From NCBI RefSeq assembly GCF_036321535.1, contig NC_087444.1:37076001-37140000 (forward strand): a DNA stretch of 64,000 bases. Direction: 5' to 3'. The stretch comes from Camelus dromedarius. Its lineage: Eukaryota. Shown here in pieces: positions 53,341 to 64,000 of this stretch; position 1 is the stretch's first letter; the number at the start of each line of letters is the position of its first letter. A program made the position numbers and the translations under genes. The notes under the pieces were generated by a model that did no database searches, was not told where the DNA came from, and saw only the letters and a list, made by a program, of their open reading frames with translations.

Positions 53341-53705
53341 ATCTGCCAAGTTCCTCACGCAGTCGTTCCGAAAGTGCTGCTCCTACATTTTATTTTAAAC
53401 TGCTTCCCACCCCCAATGTTCTAAAGGTCCAGAACAAACATTAAACAGAATCATTTACAGGACTTTGAAGTGCCCCACCAAGTACATAGTGGTAATCCAA
53501 CGAAATTTAGAACCACTGAAGGAAAAACTTTCCCAAAACTAGGACCAAAATTTGGATCTCAACCTCTTCACGATTCCTCAAGACTACTCAAACATGAGAT
53601 TCTCTTTATTTACTCTTAAAGACTGGGTAAACTAGATCTCCAGACAAAGGCAAGATTGGGGGTAGATAAAAGGACCACGGTCAGTAAAGCCTTAAGTCAC
53701 CCTAC

Positions 53706-53822
53706 CTGGGCTCGCTCTTCATCAAATTCCAGGCAGCCCATACCATCCAGTCTCTGGAGATCAATCCAGCCTTTCCAGATAACACAGACTCCATTCAGAA
53801 TCATGGGAGCCTTCAAATATAC
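53706..53822 (-). CDS. CBFB: CBFB exon 4, 117 nt, VYLKAPMILNGVCVIWKGWIDLQRLDGMGCLEFDEERAQ
   Basis: cttag| acceptor, CAG|gtaggg donor, peptide matches the CBF-beta core domain. Confidence 0.97.
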
Positions 53823-54069
53823 CTAAGACACAGAAAATGAGGATGAAAACCAATGATAAGCCATCAGACATATGAAAAACAAAGCATCAACTTACTTATG
53901 AAAACTGCGGCTTTCTTTGGGGAAAAAAGATACATATAATTGCAAAATTAAGAATTATAGGAAAGTATATGAAGCAGAGCCTGTGACCAAATTCTATAAA
54001 TTAAGTTAATCTGGTTTACCAGGATTTTATTACCAGTCAGTTTTTCCATAGTATTTTAAAAAACTGTTT

Positions 54070-54404
54070 GTAATAAGGTGATACTTGAAAAAGACATCAT
54101 TTCTCTTGCTGAAGCTAGGACAATCAGGTACTTTGCCTTGATTTTTGAATTCTGAGTAGAAAGATACAGAGATGGAAAACAACTGGAAATCACTAGCCCA
54201 TGAAGAGAGCACACACTGTTTCCCTCTATTTGGATACCTGGAGCCACCCAGGGTCAGGCTCTTCACATTTCCTTTCAGTTTTACAAGCTACTTCATAGAT
54301 TCTTGATAAGTAATGCTGTTTTTTTGTTTGTTTGTTTTCTTTTTCACTTAAGTTAGCTGGAATTGATTTCTACTGCTTTTACCCAAAGAACTTTAACTAC
54401 TACA
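54070..54404 (+). mobile_element. MaLR LTR fragment (MLT1K/L-like 3' part)
   Basis: cttaagttagctggaattgatttctactgcttttacccaaagaactttaactactaca terminus. Confidence 0.6.
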
Positions 54405-56647
54405 CTGTTTATTTATTCATACTAAAGAGAATTCTTCTGTTTCAAGCAAATAACCCTAGAGCAAAAGTCACAAATCATACACTTTAGGTATGATTTCCAA
54501 ATTTAGACCACTTTCATTTCTGATCACCAAATTAATTTCATATTGCCTGAAAATATAATTACTCTCAAGAGCAATTAAGGATCCATCAAGAAAGGAAAGG
54601 TGCTGCTATCTTCTTGAGGTGAGTATTTTATTGTGATATAGTAAGAAATGTAACAAAGGAGAAATTTGTTAGTTCCTACAATTTCCCTCACTGTAACACC
54701 ACAGTATTCTAATAGTTACTTCAAAAAAACAACACTGTTATTTTAGGTCTTCTTTACCTCATTTAACATGGGTTTCTGAAAAAAAAGTAGCACAGATTTT
54801 TAAAAATCATTTATTGCCTTAACAAGATTTTTTTAAATGCAGAGGAAGCAGGACTTCAATAAGCTTTCAAAATTCCAGGTTGTCAAATGTATCTTTATCA
54901 ATAAGGTTCTTTGTCTGCCTATACTAAATATATTTTCTTTGGATAATCCCAGTGCTTTTGTGAGATAAAATTAACATTATTTATTACCTACATTACATAA
55001 AATCAGTAACAGTTTCTCATTTTGCAGAAAAAGCTAGAAGCATCATCTTTTTCTTTACTCAGTTTTAAGCAATTTCTTCAACAAAAAATCTTGATACATT
55101 CTTGTCTTTAGAGAAGTTTAATAAGAATAATAGTCAGTAATTATAAATAATGCTAGAAAAATTACTAGCAAAAAATGACTAGTGAGTCACCTGCAAAATA
55201 AAACCTAAAGGACTTATGCCTTCCTAGTACATATGTATGTCATTCCCCTCCACTACTAAACACAACTATTTTTCCTGTTAAGGGCTCCAATAAACTATGC
55301 TGAACCAATTTCTACTGACATTGGAAAAAAAACATAAGGTACCATTTCTCCTCCCACTTGGACCAAGGGAAACAGTCCACAGTTATAGCTGAGACCGTTT
55401 AACCACACATTTCCTTCTGCTCTGATAAGTGCTCATTCTCTTCCACAATGTGAATTTAAAACTCCACTGGTGTGCACCTAGTCAAACAAGTGACTGTGAT
55501 GACTTTATATTCAATACCTCATAAAAACTAAAGACAATACACCTTCATATTTGCCTATCAATTATAACTTGACTTACCATATTCTCTAATCAACATTCCC
55601 ACCTATCCTTTCTAACAGAGGAGATGCTGCTACATAGTGAGGAGTATAACATTTCACCCATTGATGTAGCTCAATTTTTAAAATTCTTACACTAAACATA
55701 AAGATAATCCTCATGTAAAAGCAGAGAAAGGTCAACTTCATGATCAGGTTCTGTAGTCTTCATCAATGACTTGTATCTTTTAGTTTCAAAGATTCCATAA
55801 CCTAGCTTATTCATATAAACTTCTATAGTCAAAAAATATTTTCCTTATGAAATTACTAAATTTTTAAAAAGCTGATTTATTACTTCTTTATAAAAGTTCT
55901 CTCAAGACTAAGAAAACCACTGATCTGTTTTGGGAAATTCCTAAATGGGTTCAGAAAATGGCTACAGTTCATAATCAAGACTAGTGCCTGGAATTGTAAT
56001 TTAAAATAATACTTAGATGATCCAGTGATTTATTTAGAGGTTCACATTCAAATAAATAAGAGTTTTATGTGTAGACCTTCAAAGTAAATGTTTGGCACTT
56101 TTCATACATTCATGAATACCAGACCTCAAATTATAAAGAAAATAAAACTGTCTCTTAACAGTTTGGCATTTTGTAATATAATTTAATAATGTCATTTAAC
56201 ATGGAGACATTTCTCACTGAAAATAATGATGCCTTATTTCAAACTGTAGGAAGAACATGTATTAGAATGTGACCTAAGGATTAAACTCCTTTTTCGAGAA
56301 CAATTAAATGTTTTATATAAAATGGATTCTATAAAGGCTTTAAAATGTGTAAACAGATTCTGCTAATCACACACAAAAACAACAAAATAGCCTGCTTATC
56401 TTCTCAAAAGTGAAATATCAGAGGATGTATTTAAGACTCCACGGAAGTTAAAAATGAGTACAGCATCACATTGTGGTTTTTTTTTGAAAAAACATAAAAT
56501 TAGTATTGCAAAATTTTTTAATCAACTCAGGCTCTAAATATCACTGATTGTGATGTTATTTCAATCCAAATTACACATATCACTTTATTTTCCACATTCT
56601 GTAGCTTTAAATTCCAAATCATTGTAGCAGTAGAGCTTCAGCAAAAA

Positions 56648-57050
56648 CATGTGCACACCAGCAACTGTGGCATCATACATACAATGGAATACTATTCAGC
56701 CACAAAAAGGAGTGNNNNNNNNNNNNNNNNNNNNNNNNNNNNNNNNNNNNNNNNNNNNNNNNNNNNNNNNNNNNNNNNNNNNNNNNNNNNNNNNNNNNNN
56801 NNNNNNNNNNNNNNNNNNNNNNNNNNNNNNNNNNNNNNNNNNNNNNNNGATATTAGTGTTGCCAGGGGCTGAGGGGAGTGGGGAGTGAGGAGTGGCTGTT
56901 AATAAGCACAGAATTTCTTTTTGGGGTGATGAAAATGTTTTGGAAATAAAGAGTGGTGACAGCTGCACAATTCTGTGAATATACTAAAAAAAACTCTCAA
57001 TTATACACTCTAAAAGGGTGAATTTTACAGTATATGAATTTTATCTCAAT
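56648..57050 (+). mobile_element. L1MB-type 3' end (with N gap)
   Basis: catacaatggaatactattcagcc...gttgccaggggctgaggg...tttggggtgatgaaaatgttttgg...aaaagggtgaatttta. Confidence 0.85.
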
Positions 57051-58554
57051 ACGGTCATTATAAAAATTTTTTGGAATAAGTTTTATCTGTTACACAGGTG
57101 ACAACTATACGATATGTAAAAGGAGACTTCTGAGCATGGAGTTGCATATGAGTTTCTAGTACTCTGTGAAGAGATATGGGCTGATGATATAAATCTGGCA
57201 GCCATCAACAATACAGGAATTTTTAGTCTGTAGTTCAGAGAACCTACATGACTTTAGGTTTATAGATACGTTTCAAGAAGACCAGAAACCTCCCAAAATT
57301 CTGTGTTAAAATGTGTTTGTGCCCATGTGCATTTTTTAAAGGAAGGCCAATGCTTTCACCAAGTTCTCAGAAGAGTATGCAAGAGAAAAAGGATCCAACT
57401 ATGATAGTAAAAATGCAATTTTTCACTTCCCTCACAGACACCAAGGTCTTTGTAGCATAAAGCTTGAGAGATGATGATAAATACTCTTTATTTAGTAAAG
57501 GGACCAAACTTCTTAAGTAACTAAACATTAGTTACCCTGGGTTTTGAAATGTAAATATCAGAGGAAGGGTATGAAAGAACCTAGTCAACTTCCTATTTAT
57601 CAACCTGTACAAAACAGTTCTATATCTGAGAGTCTGTAGTCTACTTATTCTAAGAGTATCTAAATTTGGAATAAGCAGTAGCATCTTCAGTTGCCCTTTC
57701 TTCTACAATACAATATGGAAGTTCAGTGTTTCTAACTCCTAGGTAGCTGGGCCAAGAATAGAAATTGAGGGTACAAAGGGATAGTAGAAAAAGTTCCTTT
57801 TATTGAGTGGTTCTAAAGGAGGTAATTTTAAGATAATTAGAATAACTGTAAATTTGCAAACAAGACTCCCATACACACCAATACTCAGCCATAACATCAG
57901 TATACACAGAAACCAAGTGTCAAAGCTATTGATAAAAGCAAGAAGCAGATACTTCACCTTCAAAAAAAAACCATTTCAATTGGAAAGAATATTTAACTTC
58001 TCTGTGGTAAACTATCAGTTTAAACACTTGTGACTCTAGTCTATAAATTGAGGTATTAGGGAAAACAGTTAACAGGGAATGAACAGTACCCCTTAGGCCC
58101 TCAGTAAATATCTGAATAATAATTAACAGAAGAGCAGAAACACAGCTGGAATTTAGAAATGTTTTTCCTGTAGCTTCCCTGTAATTTCAATTTGGAAAGA
58201 TACACCTATTCAACAGATGTTTATTACCTGTCATTTTGTGCAGGGTATTATCATAAGGGCAGTGCAAATACAAGATGAATTTTAAAAAATTTATATCCCA
58301 CCACCTAAAAGAAGATTCCAACACAAGTTAACTTAAAGCCTTTAATAAGGAATAGCTGAATACATTAAAAAAAAACTGTAAGAATTAAAACACCTGAATT
58401 CACCTATTACATTTAAAAGTAGGACTCACTTAACTCCTAAGGTTAATGGAATGTTTCAGTAATAGTAAAACTGTAAGGAGCTAGATCCAGCAACCTCCTT
58501 TTAAAAGCCACAGTTCTAACAAAGTTGCATATAAATATAACTAGGATATAACAT

Positions 58555-59350
58555 CTGAAGATTATCTACCTGAAAAATCTAAAATATTCAACTGAAAAAC
58601 CAGGTGAATTAATGAGTTCAATAAAGTGGCTGGTTATAAAAACAATATATGAAACCCAACAACCTTCCTGTATTACAATAGTAATTATTTAGAAAATAAA
58701 ATGAAAAAACTTATTTTAAAACAGCAATAAAAGTATCAAAGAATAAATTTAATAAGAAATATGGAGGCTCTATAAGAAAAAAACATCTAATTTTTGAAAC
58801 ACAGAAAAAGATTTGATAAACTAGTGAGATGTCACATCCTCTAATAGTAAGACTACTGCCAATTTACCCCAAAGTAATCCTTATTTTAATGAAATTCCAG
58901 TAAAATCTCAATGTAATGCTTTTTTGAATTTGAGATAAAAGTCTATAATTAATACAAAAGAATTGACAATCCAAGAAAATATAGGAAATTATTTTTCTGC
59001 CCTTTCAGATATTAAAACATGTAACAATGCAATGAGTATACATGTAGTAGTGCTGTGGCAGCCAGAAACAACTTAATGGAATAAACAAAACATTTAAAAA
59101 ACAAAACCAAGTATACAAATTTTTAATAAATGAAAAAGAGAACACTTCAAATCAATGGTAGGAGGATATTTTACTTAAGCAGTGGAGATAAGAAAACTGA
59201 CTACCACTTGAATAAACAAGAGTTTGAAACAAAATAAAATGGCTAAAAATTAGGAAAAAATGTTCAAACACAATATACTAAAATAAAACAAAATAACTGC
59301 TTCTAAATAAAAGAAAAAACTTTAAATTAAAAATCTTAATAATGTGTATG
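58555..59350 (+). mobile_element. Old L1 (L1ME/MC) ORF2 remnant
   Basis: A-rich degenerate ORF2 (aatgagttcaataaagtggctggttataaaaacaatata...). Confidence 0.65.
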
Positions 59351-59414
59351 TAATTATTATTTAACGAAATGGAATATCATCACTATTAGACCCAAGACAG
59401 CACGGAAAGAGTAA

Positions 59415-59580
59415 AAACTAAATGTGTTTTAGAATCAGATAAAACCTGAATTTAAATTCTAGTTCTATCGGTGTATTTGAGACAAATATTTAAGTTTGTT
59501 AATAAGCCTCAAATTCCTCACATATAAAACCAAAGCTAAATAATACCTCTTTCATAGTTGATAGTAAAAATTAGTTAAGT
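59415..59580 (+). mobile_element. MIR (diverged)
   Basis: gaatcagataaaacctgaatttaaattctagttct...gcctcaaattcctcacatata. Confidence 0.55.
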
Positions 59581-60164
59581 CAATATAAAGTTATGAAACA
59601 TACAGAGCACCACAGAAACTGACTTGCTTATACACAATACTTCAACTGAAGTTTTACACAGTGATTTCTTTCCAAAAGAAAGAGCCATTTTTTTTGAGAC
59701 CAATGAATCAGTAGATAAGCAGTAATACTGGGATGGCCATAGCCACCCAGGAAAACAAGATATTCCACAAAGGAAATATGTACTCTGCCTTTCGGTTGTA
59801 ATCATTTCTGTAGTCTATTTAACAGATTCCTCTAGAAGATACTTGGTTCTGACTCACCTTCCGTTAGTCACATGTTCCTCTCCATTTAGAAATGCACAGT
59901 CAGCTTCCCTGTTGGATAATCACTACAGTCATTCAATCTCCCTTGCCTCTGAATCATAATTGGGTTGCATGTTAGTGTAAAAAAATAGCTTCTTCTATAG
60001 TGATTTAATGTAATTTACCAATCTACTTCTTACAGTTCAAAACAGAAAACAGCACTTCTCACAGAAATCATAACATGGATTAATACAGAATGTGCCTGGA
60101 ACTTAAAGGATTAAGCAAGTAAGCAAGCTCGTATGCATACAAGCACACACTCTCAATAAACGGA

Positions 60165-62030
60165 TGTGTTGACCAAACAGAAAAACCCATCCTAAAAATC
60201 ATACAGAATCTCAAGAAATCTGAATAGCCAAAACAACCTTGAAAGGGAACAAAATGAGGACTTACACTTCCTGATTTCAAAACTTACTACAAAGCTTCAG
60301 CAATCAAAACAATGTAGTACTGATATAAAGACAAACATATAGACAGATGGACTAGAACAAAAAGCCCAGAAATAAACCCTCACATGCGGTGAAATGATTT
60401 CTGACAATGGTGCCAGGCCAAGACCATTCAGTGAGAAAGGACCGCCCTTTCAACAAATGGTGCTGAGAAAATGGACACCTAGTGCAAAAGGATGAAGTTG
60501 GGCTCCCACCTAACACCATATACAAAAATTAACTCAAAATGGATCAAAGACCTAAATGTAAGACCTAAAACTATAAAACTCCTAGAAAGAAGGTATAAAA
60601 GTTTCATGACACTGGATCTGACAATGATTTCTTAGAGATGACACCAAAGGCACAGGNNNNNNNNNNNNNNNNNNNNNNNNNNNNNNNNNNNNNNNNNNNN
60701 NNNNNNNNNNNNNNNNNNNNNNNNNNNNNNNNNNNNNNNNNNNNNNNNNNNNNNNNNNNNNNNNNNNNNNNNNNNNNNNNNNNNNNNNNNNNNNNNNNNN
60801 NNNNNNNNNNNNNNNNNNNNNNNNNNNNNNNNNNNNNNNNNNNNNNNNNNNNNNNNNNNNNNNNNNNNNNNNNNNNNNNNNNNNNNNNNNNNNNNNNNNN
60901 NNNNNNNNNNNNNNNNNNNNNNNNNNNNNNNNNNNNNNNNNNNNNNNNNNNNNNNNNNNNNNNNNNNNNNNNNNNNNNNNNNNNNNNAAAATAAGCTATA
61001 AGGACATATTGTACAACACAGGGAATATGGCCAATATTTTATAATTATAAATGGAGTATAACCTTTAAAATTGTGTGTCACTATATTATATACCTATAAC
61101 TTATATAATATTGTACATCAACTATACTTCAACTTAAAAAAGAATAAAACTGCTATAAACATAAAAAAACCCTACATACTAAATACTATATATAAAATAG
61201 ATAAACAGCAAGTTTTTACTATATAGCACAGGGAATTATATATTCAGTACCTTGTAATAACCTATAATGAAAAAGAATGTGAAAATGAATATATGTGTGT
61301 ATTATATGTATGACTGAAATTTTATGTGCTATACCAGAAATGGATACATTGTAAACTTACTACAATAAGAAACAAAATAAAGCAAACAAAAAAAAAAACC
61401 CTACAATGAAACACTTATTAGACACCTCACTCATTAGGACGGCTACTATCAACAAAACCCACAAAACAAGAAGCATTGGTAAGGATGAGAAATTGTTGTG
61501 CACTGCTGTGGGAATGTATAAGAATACAGCTGCCATGGACAATAGTNNNNNNNNNNNNNNNNNNNNNNNNNNNNNNNNNNNNNNNNNNNNNNNNNNNNNN
61601 NNNNNNNNNNNNNNNNNNNNNNNNNNNNNNNNNNNNNNNNNNNNNNNNNNNNNNNNNNNNNNNNNNNNNNNNNNNNNNNNNNNNNNNNNNNNNNNNNNNN
61701 NNNNNNNNNNNNNNNNNNNNNNNNNNNNNNNNNNNNNNNNNNNNNNNNNNNNNNNNNNNNNNNNNNNNNNNNNNNNNCTTTTAGAGAAGGAAATTCTGCA
61801 ATATGCTACAACATAGATGAATCTTCTGGACATTTTACTAAGTGAAATAAGCCAGTCATAAAAAGATAAATACCATATAACTCCATTTATAAGAGGTACT
61901 TAGAGCAGCCAAAATCATAGAAAGTAGAATGGTGGTTGCCAGGGTTAAGGAGAAGGGGGAGTCAGGGAATGGGGAATTACCACTTAATGGGTAAAGAGTT
62001 GCAGTTTTATAAGATGAAAAGAATTACGGA
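60165..62030 (+). mobile_element. L1MA/MB ORF2-3'UTR fragment interrupted by younger L1 3' ends
   Basis: ORF2 hallmarks (gatttcaaaacttactacaaagc, aaaattaactcaaaatggatcaaagacctaaatgtaagacc) and 3'UTR (gaatggtggttgccaggg). Confidence 0.9.
60988..61395 (+). mobile_element. Two tandem younger L1 3' ends nested in the older L1
   Basis: gtacaacacagggaatatggcc...actatacttcaacttaaaaaa (to about 61141), then tatagcacagggaattatat...A tail (about 61170-61397). Confidence 0.75.
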
Positions 62031-62513
62031 AAAACCCTGTAAAAAGGAGGTAGGTCATGGTGAGCCTAGAATCAGAAAATATAGAGGAGCCCACTCCCTC
62101 TGATCATTTCCTCCAGACCTCTAGCATACCACGAACACTGGCTCACACTGCCAGGTGCCCCAAATCCAGTATGAGCCCCAGGTTCTCCACAACCCATTCA
62201 CAACTATGTTCACAAAGTTCCCTAGAGAAGCTCTTAAAATTCGCAGGAAAGCTGAATCCAGAATTGATACTGAGGTTTTGTTCAGCTTATCTCCTAGGAA
62301 CTTTCATGTTGAAATGAAATTACAGTCCTTTACTTACACTGCCATGAAGTTTGTGCTTGCTATATTCAGTTTTTTTAAAACTAAACAAAGCATTGTTTAG
62401 AAATACATGCATAGGGATAAAATTATAAAAGCAAGGGAATAAATCTATTAATCAGGATAATGAGAAGGTTTTTTTTGTGGAGAGGGGAACAGGACTGTGG
62501 AGTTTTTTTAAGG

Positions 62514-62838
62514 TATCACTGTCCAATAGAAATATAATGAGATCCACAAATGCAACTCACATATGTAAATGAAAATTTTCTAACAGCCATGTTTTAAAAC
62601 ACTAAGCAGAAACTGGTGAAATCAATTACAGTAATATTACTCAACCAGAAGTATTTAAAATATTTTTCAACATGTAATCAATATAAAAATTATTGAGATG
62701 TTTTACAAGCTTCTTTTTGTACAAGTTTTCAAAATCCAGTGTGTACTTTTTCACATACAGCACATGTCAGTTAGACTAGTCACAGTTCAGATGCTTAGCA
62801 GTCACATGTGGTTAGTGGCTACCATATAGACATCACAG
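62514..62838 (+). mobile_element. hAT-Charlie MITE (MER33-like)
   Basis: cactgtccaatagaaatataatg...cacatgtggttagtggctaccatatagacatcacag; about 325 bp. Confidence 0.85.
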
Positions 62839-62940
62839 TTCTAACATGGTAGAAATACTGTATCTTGACTTAATTAGCAGGTACATGGATATTCCTATTA
62901 TTATTCCTAAAACTATACATTTTTTAAATCAAGTATATAT

Positions 62941-63130
62941 ATTTTTTTAATTGAAGTACCGTCAGTTTACAATGTTGTGTCAATTTCTGGCATACAGCAT
63001 GTTTCAGTCATACATATACATTCCTTTTCATATTCTCTTTCATTATAGGTTACTACAAGATATTGAATATAGGTAGTTCCCTTTGCTATACAGTAGAAAC
63101 TTATTATTTATCTATTTTATATGTATGTAT
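62941..63130 (-). mobile_element. L1 3' end (cetartiodactyl-type)
   Basis: ttgaagtaccgtcagtttacaatgttgtgtcaatttctgg...gttccctttgctatacagtag. Confidence 0.85.
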
Positions 63131-63944
63131 CTACTCTTTTATTCATAAAATATATTTAACAAATAAAAAGATGAGTAGCACTTAAGGAGAAGATGCATTA
63201 AATAATGAACATATTTTCAAAAAGATTTTAAGTAACAATAAAAATCATATTGTATTAAATTTTATAACGTATAATAAATTTTATAAAACGCATGCTAAAA
63301 TTTTATACTGGTTTTATTGTAGTTTCACACAGAGTTAAAGTCATGTGTGGTAAATTTTCACTAATTACTTTTCAGAAGAATGCTCCACCTGGAAACACTG
63401 TTGGTCCATTGTTTGGAAGAGCCATTCCTTCTGCGAGCCATCTGAGAAGATGCTTATGCACCAATAACACACATACTCTGAGGTATATTTATACATGGCT
63501 TTGTTAAGTAGAAAACATTTTTAGTCTAATCTAAAATTTGGTAATTTGTAACATGATTTGTACTCTTATGTAAAACTTTTCTTCATGAAGTTATATTTAA
63601 AATTCCTGCTGGCTTTCTCATGGTATAAAAAAGTAATGTTAGCATAAGCATCACAAACCACCATTAACATTAATACTGAGAGACTCTGAATGCTATTTCT
63701 GGACTCTCTGCAACTCCAAGCCTCTACTTTGAACTCACTTTGCTTAAAGAAGTTCCTACTCCATCCCCAAACAGTTTCATATAGCTCCCTTCATTTCTTA
63801 AGTCTCTTCCTGGTACTTTTCCACTCAGGTTTAAGGAGCGTTATCACTCAAAAGTTTATATAAATTCCTCATAGCTTTCAAAACTTTTAAGTCCTATCTG
63901 ACCTTTATAAGCACCCAATAAGAAAAAAGTTTAAATAAAGAAAT

Positions 63945-64000
63945 TAAAACTGAGAGATTAAATAATTCACTTGCAGAAGGTCACACAGCTAGTAAGTAAT
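63945..64000 (-). mobile_element. MIR (truncated by window edge)
   Basis: aaactgagagatt...cttgcagaaggtcacacagctagtaagt. Confidence 0.7.

Overview
Mammalian genomic DNA, most likely a camelid: six copies of a tRNA-derived SINE of the camelid Vic-1 type are present, and I saw no Alu, B1, Bov-A or CHR SINEs. Gene order matches my recollection of human 16q22.1. The window contains (1) the 3' end of the B3GNT9 CDS on + (1-293); (2) the whole PHAF1/C16orf70 gene on - (ATG at 26367, stop at 2556), with 15 of 16 coding exons readable, all GT-AG, and exon 8 falling inside an N gap; (3) the 3' half of CBFB on - (exon 4 at 53706-53822, exon 6 CDS at 35621-35689, about 2.2 kb 3'UTR), with exon 5 missing and almost certainly inside the N gap at 45637-45808. 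The rest is intron and intergenic DNA rich in MIR, L2, L1, MaLR/ERV LTR and hAT-Charlie relics. I found no RNA genes, CRISPR arrays or novel protein-coding system. Best leads: N gaps fall non-randomly on mature-mRNA sequence or L1; an inverted SINE pair flanks CBFB exon 5; RUNX/ETS/GATA motif clusters lie in and downstream of CBFB; there are candidate poison or cassette exons; a nested strong-Kozak alternative ORF lies in PHAF1 exons 1-2; and the B3GNT9 and PHAF1 3'UTRs may overlap. Repeat family names and boundaries come from recognising consensus fragments by eye and are approximate.
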